This document shows, piece by piece, positions 17,257 to 27,030 of a stretch of DNA of 38,592 nucleotides (position 1 is its first letter; the number at the start of each line of letters is the position of its first letter). This stretch comes from an uncultured Clostridia bacterium (lineage in GTDB: Bacteria > Bacillota > Clostridia > Christensenellales > UBA1242). The stretch lies in the NCBI GenBank assembly GCA_944350225.1, contig CALVOH010000002.1, forward strand, positions 1 to 38,592. Direction: 5' to 3'. Both the position numbers and the translations under genes were made by a program. The notes below the pieces were generated by a model. It was not told where the DNA came from, searched no databases, and saw only the letters and a program-made list of their open reading frames with translations.

Positions 17257-19701
17257 CTACCTCTTAATTGGCTCGCTAATGTAAAATTCGATAGTGTCGT
17301 CCTCTTTAAACTCAATATTATCTTTTAGTTTTATACCACATTCATAACCTTTCAAAACTTCTGCTTTTTCATCTTTCACTATTTTTAATGATTCGACAGT
17401 GGTCTTACCTATTTCCTCATTTCCACGCATAACTTTTGCTATGCAACCTCTAGTTACTTTTCCGTCTTTAACCATACAACCAGCAATCTTACCAGCAGAT
17501 GAGAGTTTAAAGACGACGCGTATCTCAGCCATTCCTATATACTTTTCTTCGTATTTAACTGTTAATAAGCCGTTTATAGCGCGAGTAATATCATCTACAA
17601 CTTCGTAAATGATTTTGTATTCCTTTATCTCTATTTTTTGTTTTTCTGCCATTTGTTTTGCTTTGGCGACGGGTTTGATATTAAAAGCTATTATTACCGA
17701 TTTTGTTGCTTCTGCAAGTACTAAATCGGATTCCGTTACAGCACCCGGTGCAGCATGAACGATGTTCACCTTTGCTTCTTCATTTGAAATTGGTGCTAAG
17801 GTAGCGATAAGAGCTTCGAGTGAGCCTTTTGTGTCTGATTTAATAATCAAATTTAAATTTTTTAGTGAGCCTTCATGAACTTTGTCCATAAAGTCATCTA
17901 AACTTACACCACTTGTTTTTAAAGCGTTTGCTTTTTTGATCTTGTCAATTCTTTCTTGTATTACTTGTTTTGACAAAGATTCACTTACTTCATAGAATGC
18001 ATCTCCAGAGGATGGCACGTCATAAAAACCTAGAACGGACACTGGGGTTGAAGGAGATGCAGATTTTACTGGTTTGCCATTTTCATCAAACATAGCTTTA
18101 ACCTTTCCATATGTCAGTCCTGAAAGGAAAGAATCTCCAACGTTTAATGTTCCGTTTTGAACGAGAACGGTTGCCACAGGCCCTCTATTTTTATCCAATT
18201 CCGCTTCCAATATCACACCGGTAGCAAGATGTTTTGGATTTGCTTTTAATTCTTCCATCTCTGCAACTAGTAAAATCATTGATTTTAATTCGTCTAAGCC
18301 TTGACCTGTTTTTGCAGAAACTGGCACACATATTGTGCTTCCTCCCCATTCTTCAGGAAGGAGGTCGTGTTCTGCAAGCTGTTGTTTAACTTTGTCAATA
18401 TTAGCCTCAGGCTTATCGATTTTGTTTATAGCAACAATTATAGGCACATTTGCTGCTTTGATATGGTTTATAGCTTCAACTGTCTGTGGCATAATTCCGT
18501 CATCGGCAGCAACAACTAAAATTGCAATATCTGTTGATTTAGCGCCACGTGCACGCATTGCAGTAAAAGCTGCGTGCCCTGGAGTGTCGATAAAAGTGAT
18601 TTTCTCATTATTAAAGCTAATTTGATAAGCTCCTATCTTTTGAGTGATCCCACCTGCTTCACCTGCAACCACGTTTGTTTTTCTAAAAGCATCAAGAAGT
18701 GATGTTTTTCCATGGTCAACGTGACCCATAACTGTAACGATAGGCGGACGTTTTACAAGTGTTGATTTGTCGTCTGGGGTTTTGTTTTGATGTTCGAAGA
18801 GTTTCTCTTCCATTGTTTTTTCAAGCTTTAATTCTAATGTAACCCCTAGCTCGCTTGCAACAAGCTCTGCTGTTTCAAAATTTATGGTTGAGTTTATTGT
18901 CGCCATCACTCCTAAAATCATAAGCTTTTTAACTATTTCAGCGACAGGTCTTCCAGTTTTTTCGCTTAAATCTTTTACAGTTATTTCGTTTGAATTTATT
19001 ACGGCATGTGTGACTTTTGGCGCTAGATTTATTTCTTGTTTTTTCTTTAACTTGTTTGTAGCTTTTCGTGTGCCCATCATAGACTCTTCAAAGTCATTAT
19101 TTTCGTTGAGCATTATAACGCTTTGACGACGTGAATCGGCAATCCTTTTTGCTGGCTTTGTCTTTTCTTCCAAGTTTTTCTTTTGAGGATTTTTATTCTT
19201 ATTCCCAAATGTTCTTTCAGGCGGGATAACAATAGTGTCAGCAGGCTCTTTGGAAGCAAACGAACGAAAATTATTGACCTTTGTTGAAACAAACTTAGGG
19301 CTTTTAGCAGGTGTTTGTCTGTTTTGATCAAATGGCCTTTGTTTGTTTGCAAAATTAGGTCTTCTTTGTTCTTGGCTTTTGTTTTGCTGTTGATTTTTAT
19401 TTTCAAAGCGCTTAAAATTGTTGTTTTGCGTTTTTGTATTAGAAAAACTTGTTTGTTCAATTTTTTGTTTTTGGACAATTTGTTCTTTTGGTTTTTCTTC
19501 TTTTGGCTCTTCGGCAATCTTTATCTTGATTGCTTCCGCTTCTTTCTTTGCAATCCTTTCTTTTTTTGAATTCAACAATTCTTTTGACTTTTCGTCCAAT
19601 TGTGATTTTAAGGCACGCAAATCCCTGAGCAGTTCAAGTAAACTGCCCTCTTTTTGCATGTTGTGAATTGTTTTTAAATTGTTTAATGCTTGATTTGCCA
19701 A
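17257..19701 (-). CDS. infB: Translation initiation factor IF-2
   Basis: An 814-aa protein with a low-complexity K/Q/N-rich N-terminus. Its GTPase domain has [21 protein letters not shown] and NKID, followed by the conserved C-terminal domains. Confidence 0.97.
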   Translation of the reverse strand: MANQALNNLKTIHNMQKEGSLLELLRDLRALKSQLDEKSKELLNSKKERIAKKEAEAIKIKIAEEPKEEKPKEQIVQKQKIEQTSFSNTKTQNNNFKRFENKNQQQNKSQEQRRPNFANKQRPFDQNRQTPAKSPKFVSTKVNNFRSFASKEPADTIVIPPERTFGNKNKNPQKKNLEEKTKPAKRIADSRRQSVIMLNENNDFEESMMGTRKATNKLKKKQEINLAPKVTHAVINSNEITVKDLSEKTGRPVAEIVKKLMILGVMATINSTINFETAELVASELGVTLELKLEKTMEEKLFEHQNKTPDDKSTLVKRPPIVTVMGHVDHGKTSLLDAFRKTNVVAGEAGGITQKIGAYQISFNNEKITFIDTPGHAAFTAMRARGAKSTDIAILVVAADDGIMPQTVEAINHIKAANVPIIVAINKIDKPEANIDKVKQQLAEHDLLPEEWGGSTICVPVSAKTGQGLDELKSMILLVAEMEELKANPKHLATGVILEAELDKNRGPVATVLVQNGTLNVGDSFLSGLTYGKVKAMFDENGKPVKSASPSTPVSVLGFYDVPSSGDAFYEVSESLSKQVIQERIDKIKKANALKTSGVSLDDFMDKVHEGSLKNLNLIIKSDTKGSLEALIATLAPISNEEAKVNIVHAAPGAVTESDLVLAEATKSVIIAFNIKPVAKAKQMAEKQKIEIKEYKIIYEVVDDITRAINGLLTVKYEEKYIGMAEIRVVFKLSSAGKIAGCMVKDGKVTRGCIAKVMRGNEEIGKTTVESLKIVKDEKAEVLKGYECGIKLKDNIEFKEDDTIEFYISEPIKR

Positions 19702-19702
19702 A

Positions 19703-19993
19703 CTATTCTCCCCGATTAATATATTTTTTTATTTGCTCACTAAGACCAAAATTTTTTATAGCTACAAGTTTGCATTTGTCAACACATACTAGCTTTTCTA
19801 AATTTTCAATCTCAGCACCTTGCACACCTTTGCCAGTTATGTTTTCAAATATCTTTCTAGTAGATTTTCCTGCATCTTTATCAATTAGAATTAGATATAA
19901 TTTTTTTGTGTAATTAGAAAGTTTTTCTCCTCCAATTATTAGGTAGCCAGCTTTATTAGCGATGTTTAGATAATTTTTTAATTTTTCTCGCAT
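19703..19993 (-). CDS. ylxQ: L7Ae/L30e-family RNA-binding protein (YlxQ-like)
   Basis: A 96-aa protein with LNIANKAGYLIIGGEKL...LILIDKDAG, lying between ylxR and infB as in B. subtilis. Confidence 0.8.
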   Translation of the reverse strand: MREKLKNYLNIANKAGYLIIGGEKLSNYTKKLYLILIDKDAGKSTRKIFENITGKGVQGAEIENLEKLVCVDKCKLVAIKNFGLSEQIKKYINRGE

Positions 19994-20238
19994 TCATTCT
20001 CCAATTGCTTGTAAATTTCATCTGGCACTTGGCATTTAAAAACTTTGTTTAAAGTTTTTTGTTTTTGAAGTTTTGCCATACAAGTTGCATCCAAACAAAC
20101 ATAAGCTCCACGTCCATTCATCTTTCCTGATTTGTCAAGAAAAAATTCGCCTTGTTTGTTTTTTACTATTCTTGTCATGGATCGCTTGTCTTTCATTTGT
20201 CTACAAACTACGCACATTCTTAAAATTTCATTCTTCAT
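19978..20238 (-). CDS. ylxR: YlxR/RnpM-family (DUF448) RNA-binding protein
   Basis: RMCVVCRQMKDKRSMTRIV...GRGAYVC is the signature. It lies directly downstream of nusA. Confidence 0.88.
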   Translation of the reverse strand: MKNEILRMCVVCRQMKDKRSMTRIVKNKQGEFFLDKSGKMNGRGAYVCLDATCMAKLQKQKTLNKVFKCQVPDEIYKQLENECEKN

Positions 20239-21391
20239 CTTGACTTCCTGTTATTTCTTCTAGGTCATCAAGAGTTTGGAAAGAATCGTCATCATCAAGT
20301 TCTGTAAGTTCGTATTCAGTTTCTTTTATTTCTTCTGTTTGTTGCGATGAAGATATTGCGCTTTCTGGTTTTACTTCTATTTTCCAGCCCGTTAGCCTTG
20401 CAGCCAAACGAACATTTTGTCCATTTTTTCCAATCGCTAACGATAGTTTGTCGTCTGGGACTATCACGCGCGAAGCCATAAGGCTTTCGTTTGTTTCAAC
20501 GCTCAACACTTTTGCAGGACTTAATGCGCGTGCGATATATTCAAGTGGGTCGTCGCTGTATAAAATTAAATCAATTTTTTCACCATTTAATTCGGATACA
20601 ATCGTGTTAATTCTAATGCCATGGTTTCCAACACATGCCCCTATCGCGTCGACGTTTGGCTTGTCTGAGTAAACGGCAACTTTTGCTCTGTTTCCAGGGT
20701 CTCTTGCGATGTTTTTAATTTTTACTTCACCATTTGCTATCTCTGGAATTTCAAGTTCAAATATTTTTCTTACAAATCCTATATTGCTTCTTGTAACTTG
20801 AATTTGAGGGCCACGAAAAGAATCTTTAATCTTTTTGACATAGACTTTAATTCTTTGACCAACTTCATACTTTTCGTTTGGTATTTGGTCTGATGGCAAC
20901 ATAATACCTTCTACGTGAGATCCTGTTATTTGAACATAGACTGTGCCATTATCAATTCTTTTTACTATTGTCGTCAAAAGTTCGTCTTCTTTTTCGGATA
21001 TTTCAGAAACTGCAATTCCTCTTTCAATCTCTTTAAGTTTTTGCATTACGACTTGCTTTGCTGTTTGAGCTGCAATTCTTCCAAATTCCTTTGTTGATTC
21101 TTCTTGTGCAACGATGTCTCCTACCTTGAAACTCTTTTTTATTAATCTGGCTTCGTCAAGGGAGATCTCTTTATCTGGATCTTGAACTTCATCAACAATC
21201 GTTTTGTAAGAAAAAATCCTAATAGTATTTTTTTCTGGGTTAATTTTTACACTTGCGCTTTTTGCTTCGCCATACATCTTTTTATAAGCAGATGCCAGTG
21301 CAGTTTCCAATGCTTCAATAAATTTTTCCTTATCAATCTTTTTTTCTGTTTCCAAATCTTCTAATGCTTGGAAAAAATCTTTGTTTATCAT
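20228..21391 (-). CDS. nusA: Transcription termination/antitermination factor NusA
   Basis: A 387-aa protein with an N-terminal domain, an S1 domain and two KH domains (RDPGNRAKVAV, GACVG..G.RI, LAIGKNGQNVRLAARLTGWKI), plus an acidic C-terminal tail. Confidence 0.96.
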   Translation of the reverse strand: MINKDFFQALEDLETEKKIDKEKFIEALETALASAYKKMYGEAKSASVKINPEKNTIRIFSYKTIVDEVQDPDKEISLDEARLIKKSFKVGDIVAQEESTKEFGRIAAQTAKQVVMQKLKEIERGIAVSEISEKEDELLTTIVKRIDNGTVYVQITGSHVEGIMLPSDQIPNEKYEVGQRIKVYVKKIKDSFRGPQIQVTRSNIGFVRKIFELEIPEIANGEVKIKNIARDPGNRAKVAVYSDKPNVDAIGACVGNHGIRINTIVSELNGEKIDLILYSDDPLEYIARALSPAKVLSVETNESLMASRVIVPDDKLSLAIGKNGQNVRLAARLTGWKIEVKPESAISSSQQTEEIKETEYELTELDDDDSFQTLDDLEEITGSQDEE

Positions 21392-21403
21392 TTTAATCTC
21401 CTT

Positions 21404-21862
21404 TTAAACTTTGATAACAGGCACAATATGTGCAATAAGTTCTCTTTTGATTATAACGGGTTTTTCTTCTTGAATTATTGTTATTGAATTTTCATCGTAG
21501 TTGTCTAATATTCCAATAAAAGTTTTTTTGTTTTCTAGCTTTTTAAACAATGTAATTTCAATTTCTTTACCAATATTTCTGTCAAAGTCCCGTTTACTCT
21601 TTAAAGGTCTATCTATACCTGGCGAACTTACACTTAAAATATAAGGTCTGTCGTCGGTTGGATTCATCTCCTCTAAAATTGGATCGATTGCTTTTGTGAC
21701 TTTTTCGCAGTCGTCTATTGTTATTGGCGTGTCTGAGTCTATTGTGAAGATCAAATTCATTTCTCCAGCAACTTTTTGATAGTTAACTTCAATAAGTTCG
21801 TAACCTAAATCTTCAATAATAGGACGAAGTTTTTCTTCACATCTATCTTTTATTTTTGACAA
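21404..21862 (-). CDS. rimP: Ribosome maturation factor RimP
   Basis: It contains IIEDLGYELIEVNY and LSVSSPGIDRPLK. It has a TTG start 5 nt after GGAGG and lies upstream of nusA. Confidence 0.9.
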   Translation of the reverse strand: MSKIKDRCEEKLRPIIEDLGYELIEVNYQKVAGEMNLIFTIDSDTPITIDDCEKVTKAIDPILEEMNPTDDRPYILSVSSPGIDRPLKSKRDFDRNIGKEIEITLFKKLENKKTFIGILDNYDENSITIIQEEKPVIIKRELIAHIVPVIKV

Positions 21863-21882
21863 ATTTTCCTCCTTCTACAAAT

Positions 21883-21906
21883 GAAGTGGGCAAACTTGCC
21901 CACTTC
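21883..21906 (-). promoter_or_regulatory. 5'-UTR hairpin of the rimP-nusA-infB operon
   Basis: A 9-bp perfect GC-rich stem, gaagtgggc (21883..21891) / gcccacttc (21898..21906), with a 6-nt loop. It lies between the promoter and the rimP RBS (GGAGG 21873..21869). Confidence 0.6.
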
Positions 21907-21923
21907 GAAATTCCAGTCTCTTA

Positions 21924-21952
21924 ATTATATCATTATGTTAAACAAATTGCAA
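21924..21952 (-). promoter_or_regulatory. Putative sigma-A promoter of rimP-nusA-infB (TTGCAA - 17 nt - TGaTATAAT)
   Basis: The minus strand reads TTGCAA (21952..21947), a 17-nt spacer ending in TGA (extended -10), then TATAAT (21929..21924). Confidence 0.6.
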
Positions 21953-21988
21953 GAAAATTTTCATGTTTTTTCAAAATAATTGATATGA

Positions 21989-23524
21989 TTAAGCTTTTTC
22001 ACTCAGTTTCAATAATATTTTAGCTGTTGCAAACGCGTCATTATATGCTCTATGAGCTCCTGTTAAATCAATTCCAAGTGCATTTGCAACGGTAGATAGT
22101 TTAGAGTTTTTGGTTTTTAGATGTTTGCTCTTTGCAAGTAACATCACATCCAGATTGTCGTTTTCAAAAGGCAAATTTACTTTTTGATATGCTTTTCGTA
22201 AAAATTTATTGTCAAATTCGGTATTGTTATAACCAGAGATTATGCAATCTTTTGAAAATTTGTAAAAGTCAATAATCACATCTTCAATTTTTGGAGCATT
22301 TTCTACCATATCATCTGTTATGTGGTTTATTTTTGTCGCCGATTCAGGAATTGGCAAGAGAGGTTTAACAAATGTAGAAAATTTCTTTGTGATTTTGCCT
22401 TTTTCTATTTTTATTGCTCCAATTTCTATTATTTCACACGATTCTGGGTCTAGCCCCGTCGTCTCCAAATCATAAACGACAATATCGCGTGATGCAACAG
22501 GCTCGTTATACACAGGATCTTTAATAAAAATGTTTTCTTGCCTATTTTCAAAATAACTTTCGACATTTACAACGCGTTTGTTTAGTAAAATTTCATTTTC
22601 TTCATCTTCATTAGGTGCAGTTTTTAGTTGCGCTAATGTCATCGAGTTTATGTAATATGTCATTTTACCAGACAAACCTTCTCTAATGTCACCCAAACAT
22701 AAAAATGCTAAATTTTCTTGTAGAGCGGATAGCTTTGGTATGTTGGTTTTTGTAGAAAAATAGACACATTCTATTTGCTTTCCATCGTTCAAAATAAAGG
22801 TAGCATATTTCTTCTCCTGACCTGCCATCTTCCCTTTTTTTGCTGTAAAAGATTTAATTTCAATTTTTGATATGTTTCCAAACAGTATAACTGATGGTTT
22901 TGGTTTTGTGTTATTTTTAATAAGTTCAGGGAATGGAGAGATGTCTTTGCCAAAAAGTTTTTTTATAGGCGTCACTTCATAGCGAGAAGTTTTTTTTGCT
23001 TGAATTTTATATTTAACAGGCGCGATTTTTTCTGCAACATCAAAGTTGTTGTCTTCAATTGCAAAAACATCAAAATTTCCTAGAAAATTGTTTGCCAAAA
23101 ACTCCAATAACTTGATTTTAACAAAGCGACTGTCGAAATAGTCTTTTACCAATTTGTTTAAGTGTAATGTTATTTCAATTTTATCTTGTTCTTTTTTTAA
23201 TATGTTTATTTGCGTTTCTGTTAATTCGGCTGATATTGCTGGATAATTGTTTTCGAAGAATTTTATAATCTCTCTTTTAATTAATTTTTCATCTAAAAAG
23301 CTCTTTTTAAATTTTATTCTTATTTTGCTAAAAAGTGAGATATTGTCTTTAACAAATTTTTCAATTTCTTTTCTTTGTTCATTTGTAATTTCATCAATTG
23401 TTTCGGGATATAAAAAAGTAAAGACGCATTCTTCATTTTGATAATCTAAACATACGTCATATAGTCTTAAAAAATCATATTTTCCGCCATCATAGTTGAT
23501 TAGCTCTTGCGTTATAATATCCAC
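21989..23524 (-). CDS. PolC-like N-terminal/OB-fold protein fused to a DEDDh (epsilon-type) 3'-5' exonuclease, with no PHP or polymerase domains
   Basis: The C-terminal third has ExoI VVYDLETTGLDP, ExoII ISGYNNTEFDNKFL and ExoIII GAHRAYNDAFATAKIL. Residues around 210-300 (VILFGNISKIEIKSF...YATFILNDGKQIECVYFS...LAFLCLGDI) resemble the PolC OB fold by eye. It sits between rseP and rimP, where polC normally lies. The GTG start at 23524 has no obvious SD. Confidence 0.7.
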   Translation of the reverse strand: MDIITQELINYDGGKYDFLRLYDVCLDYQNEECVFTFLYPETIDEITNEQRKEIEKFVKDNISLFSKIRIKFKKSFLDEKLIKREIIKFFENNYPAISAELTETQINILKKEQDKIEITLHLNKLVKDYFDSRFVKIKLLEFLANNFLGNFDVFAIEDNNFDVAEKIAPVKYKIQAKKTSRYEVTPIKKLFGKDISPFPELIKNNTKPKPSVILFGNISKIEIKSFTAKKGKMAGQEKKYATFILNDGKQIECVYFSTKTNIPKLSALQENLAFLCLGDIREGLSGKMTYYINSMTLAQLKTAPNEDEENEILLNKRVVNVESYFENRQENIFIKDPVYNEPVASRDIVVYDLETTGLDPESCEIIEIGAIKIEKGKITKKFSTFVKPLLPIPESATKINHITDDMVENAPKIEDVIIDFYKFSKDCIISGYNNTEFDNKFLRKAYQKVNLPFENDNLDVMLLAKSKHLKTKNSKLSTVANALGIDLTGAHRAYNDAFATAKILLKLSEKA

Positions 23525-23533
23525 AACTAAATT

Positions 23534-24670
23534 TTACAAAATAAAGTGCAAAATGTCAACAATAATCACAAAAGCGAAAAGAATACACAAGCCTATGAAA
23601 TGAATTTTGTTTTCTAAACTGCGTTTTATCGGTTTTTTTCTTATCCACTCAATTGATGTGAAAACGACATGCGATCCGTCAAGAGCTGGTATAGGAAGAA
23701 GATTAAATATTGCTAGATTGGCAGAAATTGCTGGTATTAATATTAGCAGATTGAGCCAATTTGTTTGTGTTGCAGAAGCTATCATAGTTATCGTTGAAAC
23801 AGGACCTCCAACAGCCGAAATTGGAAGTTGAAAGGTAATTAAAAGCCATAATGATTTTAATACCACCCATGCAAAGCCGAATGCAACCTCCCAGCATCTT
23901 AAAAGCCCCTCACCAAATGAGTAAACATATGGCGAATATGAAAAACATAGATATAAATTTTCAGTCGCCAATTTCGTTGTGTCTTCATAATATGATCTTA
24001 TGACTTGAAAATTGATTTTCTTATCTTGCGATATTCCATCACGATTTATTGTTAGTGTAAACGAGTAACCTTCTAACGTTCCATCTGGTGCATTTTCTAT
24101 TCCACCATAAGTTGTGTTAATATAATTCAATGCTTCTGTTTGTTTTTTCGCAATCAAATTTTGAAAAGTGTCACCAAAAGCAAAATCAATTTTTGTTCCG
24201 TCAATATGTGTTATTATGTCACCTTCTTCGAGTTGCGTCTGCTGATATGTCATATTTCCAATCGTAATTGTATTGGATTTGATTTGAGGAACATCATATC
24301 CAGCGCTACACAACAGGATTAAAGAAAACAACACGGCGGTCAAAAAATTCATTGTAATTCCTGCTAGAAACACAATAATTCTTTTCCATGGCTTTTGCGC
24401 ATTAAAACTGTCTTTGGCAGGTGTTTCGTTGTCATCTTCTTCGCCCTGAAAAGCACAATATCCACCAAGTGGAAATATTCGCAATGAAATTAATTCGCCA
24501 CGCTTGTTTTTGCGCTGAAAAATAGGCTTTCCAAAGCCTATTGAAAACTCTGTAATTTTAAATTTTAATATCCTTCCAGCAATATAATGCCCTAGTTCGT
24601 GAACTAGCACCATAAACAGCAAGATGATTATTGCAACAGCAATATAAAGGATATAAGTTAAAACTTGCAT
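23534..24670 (-). CDS. rseP: RIP zinc metalloprotease RseP/RasP (site-2 protease, M50)
   Basis: It has an HELGHY motif in TM1, a central PDZ-like region, and NLAIFNLLPIPALDGSH. Confidence 0.92.
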   Translation of the reverse strand: MQVLTYILYIAVAIIILLFMVLVHELGHYIAGRILKFKITEFSIGFGKPIFQRKNKRGELISLRIFPLGGYCAFQGEEDDNETPAKDSFNAQKPWKRIIVFLAGITMNFLTAVLFSLILLCSAGYDVPQIKSNTITIGNMTYQQTQLEEGDIITHIDGTKIDFAFGDTFQNLIAKKQTEALNYINTTYGGIENAPDGTLEGYSFTLTINRDGISQDKKINFQVIRSYYEDTTKLATENLYLCFSYSPYVYSFGEGLLRCWEVAFGFAWVVLKSLWLLITFQLPISAVGGPVSTITMIASATQTNWLNLLILIPAISANLAIFNLLPIPALDGSHVVFTSIEWIRKKPIKRSLENKIHFIGLCILFAFVIIVDILHFIL

Positions 24671-24677
24671 TATTCTC

Positions 24678-25622
24678 CTAAATTAACAATATGACGAGTG
24701 CAATAAGCAAATAAGGTGACACAAATATATATGAGTCTATTCTATCAAGCATTCCTCCATGACCAGGTAAAGCTTTTCCACTGTCTTTTACACCAGCTTT
24801 GCGTTTCATAAAGGATTCAAACAGATCTCCAGCTTGAGCTATTATTGAGCCTATAAAGACGATTATGAGAAGTTTCCAAATTTCAATAGCATTAATGCCC
24901 GACGCGAAATAATCAATTGAACCTAAAATCAGGTAAATACAAGCAGAAAGGAGTGTGCACCAGAGCGTTCCACCAACTGCACCTGATATTGTCTTTTTTG
25001 GACTTATGCTTGGCGCAAGTTTCTTCCCTCCTATCAACATTCCTGTTAGCATAGCAAAAGAATCTGTCAGCATAGGAATTATAAAGGCAAATAAAAGGGC
25101 GATCATCGAAAGCTTGGAGTTAAAACTTGAAATAGAACCGAAATTGATTTCATCAATATGATTTATTAGGCTCATTGTCATAAACAAAAGAGTTGGATAA
25201 ACAAGTGCCAGCATCGTGTGTAAGGAGCGTTTAAAAACAAACTTTGCATTTGTTGTATTCTTTATTTCACGTACCTTAATCTCATTATTGACAGCTTTTT
25301 TTCTAAATATATCAATAACAAACGCAAAAATTGCACCAATTAGCACTAATCCAACATTTATTAAAACTATATATTCAAATCCCAGTGTAAAATAATAGCC
25401 TAAAATGTTTGCTGTAAGAATTAATGCAGGAAAAGTGACTGATATAATAACGTTATTATAAAGTCCTGCTCTTGAAAGTATTTTAGAAAATTCGTATGCT
25501 GACAGCGCAGATATTATTGCAAAGAAGAAGTCAAAAAAATACGAACTTACATACACTTTTAAAACAAAAAGTAATGCGATTGTAAGTACTATTGCTAGCG
25601 AAGTTAATAATCTTGTTTTCAT
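24678..25622 (-). CDS. cdsA: Phosphatidate cytidylyltransferase
   Basis: A polytopic membrane protein with the C-terminal signature SFMKRKAGVKDSGKALPGHGGMLDRIDS. Confidence 0.93.
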   Translation of the reverse strand: MKTRLLTSLAIVLTIALLFVLKVYVSSYFFDFFFAIISALSAYEFSKILSRAGLYNNVIISVTFPALILTANILGYYFTLGFEYIVLINVGLVLIGAIFAFVIDIFRKKAVNNEIKVREIKNTTNAKFVFKRSLHTMLALVYPTLLFMTMSLINHIDEINFGSISSFNSKLSMIALLFAFIIPMLTDSFAMLTGMLIGGKKLAPSISPKKTISGAVGGTLWCTLLSACIYLILGSIDYFASGINAIEIWKLLIIVFIGSIIAQAGDLFESFMKRKAGVKDSGKALPGHGGMLDRIDSYIFVSPYLLIALVILLI

Positions 25623-26302
25623 TAGTTTCCTCCATATCTTCTCTTTCGTTTTGAAAATTCTTTTATTGCTAAATTAAGGTCTGCCTTATCAAAATCAGGC
25701 CACATCTTATTTGTAAAGTATAACTCTGAATAAGATATTTGCCAAAGCATAAAATTTGATATTCTTAATTCACCACTTGTTCTTATAACAAGATCGGGAT
25801 CGGGGAAATTTTTTGTAAAAAGGTTTTTGGATATGTCATCTTTTGTGATCACTTTTTTACCATCATTAATTATCTTATTGACTGATTGAACAATATCTTC
25901 TCTCCCACCATAATTTAAGCAAAAACCAACTTTTAAAGCTTTGCAATTTCGTGTTGCCAAGACAGTGCTTTTTAATAATTCGGTAACTTTTTCGGGGAAG
26001 CGCGATATATCACCAAAGATTTCTACCTTGATATCATTTTCTAAAAAAAACTTTTCGCCCTTTTTGAAATATTCCTCCATTAAATTGATTAAGCCTTCAA
26101 CTTCATCAATTGAGCGCGACCAATTCTCTGTTGAAAAACAGTAAAAGGATGCATATTCAATTTTTTCTTCCAACAAATAAAGAAAAACTTTTTTTAAATT
26201 TTTTACCCCTTGCCTATGCCCTAATAATGCAGGCATTAAATGACTTTTTGCCCAGCGTCTGTTGCCATCAACAATAAAAGCGATATGTCTTGGTTTTGCC
26301 AT
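25622..26302 (-). CDS. uppS: Isoprenyl transferase (undecaprenyl-diphosphate synthase)
   Basis: It contains PRHIAFIVDGNRRWAK, FSTENWSR and LVIRTSGELRISNFMLWQISYSELYF. Confidence 0.95.
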   Translation of the reverse strand: MAKPRHIAFIVDGNRRWAKSHLMPALLGHRQGVKNLKKVFLYLLEEKIEYASFYCFSTENWSRSIDEVEGLINLMEEYFKKGEKFFLENDIKVEIFGDISRFPEKVTELLKSTVLATRNCKALKVGFCLNYGGREDIVQSVNKIINDGKKVITKDDISKNLFTKNFPDPDLVIRTSGELRISNFMLWQISYSELYFTNKMWPDFDKADLNLAIKEFSKRKRRYGGN

Positions 26303-26316
26303 AAAATCTCCAAATT

Positions 26317-26886
26317 TTATATCTCCAAAATTTCCTTTTCTTTTGTGGCAAAAGTTGCATCAACTTTTGATATATACTTATCTAAAATTTTTTGGACGTC
26401 ATCTTCAAGTGAACTTTGTTCGTCTTCACTGACTTCGTTGTTTTTTTTCAAATTTTTTATTTTATCAATAGCATCTCGCCTTGCGGAGCGCATCGCAACC
26501 TTTGTGTCCTCTGCTATTTTTTTTGTTTGTTTGACAATCTCTTTTCTTCTTTCTTCCGTAAGTTGTGGGAATATTAGACGAATAGTTTTTCCATCGTCAG
26601 TTGGAGTTATTCCAATATCAGATGCTGTAATAGCTTTTGATATGTTTTTAATTTGTGAAACGTCCCAAACTGAAATGCAAAGTATTCGTGCTTCTTGAAC
26701 AGAAATGTTTGCCATTTGTTTGATCGGTGTTGGCGCTCCATAATAGTCAACAACGATTTTGTCTAGTATGTGTGGATTTGCCCTGCCTGCTCTTATCACG
26801 GAATATTCATTAATTTGGTGATTGTGAGCTTTTTCAAGTTCTTCTTCATATTCGAAGAAAATCTCATCAACAATATCTTGGTTCAT
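26317..26886 (-). CDS. frr: Ribosome recycling factor
   Basis: It contains RAGRANPHILDKIVVDYYGAPTPIKQMANISV and LTEERRKEIVKQTKKIAEDTKVAMRSARRDA. I chose ATG 26886, preceded by CAGGAGAA. The track's 12-codon extension overlaps the promoter. Confidence 0.95.
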   Translation of the reverse strand: MNQDIVDEIFFEYEEELEKAHNHQINEYSVIRAGRANPHILDKIVVDYYGAPTPIKQMANISVQEARILCISVWDVSQIKNISKAITASDIGITPTDDGKTIRLIFPQLTEERRKEIVKQTKKIAEDTKVAMRSARRDAIDKIKNLKKNNEVSEDEQSSLEDDVQKILDKYISKVDATFATKEKEILEI

Positions 26887-26928
26887 GTTTTCTCCTGTTA
26901 AAAAATTTGTGAGGATTATCACATGTGC

Positions 26929-26957
26929 ATTATACTAAATATATAAATTTTTTCCAA
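26929..26957 (-). promoter_or_regulatory. Putative sigma-A promoter of frr-uppS-cdsA-rseP (TTGGAA - 17 nt - TATAAT)
   Basis: The minus strand reads TTGGAA (26957..26952), a 17-nt spacer, then TATAAT (26934..26929). Confidence 0.5.
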
Positions 26958-27030
26958 ATAAAATACTCCATTTAAATTTCTTTTTGATATCTTAAATAAA
27001 ATTTTTTATCAATAACAAAAAATTCGCAAC

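Noticed and set aside
19113-19517. 134-aa minus-strand ORF in another frame inside infB
   Set aside because: It is a frame-shifted reading of the A-rich low-complexity N-terminal region of IF-2. Its K-rich translation is a compositional artefact.
26240-26698. 152-aa plus-strand ORF
   Set aside because: It is antisense to uppS and frr, both confidently identified. Its sequence is low-complexity and Ser/Phe-rich.
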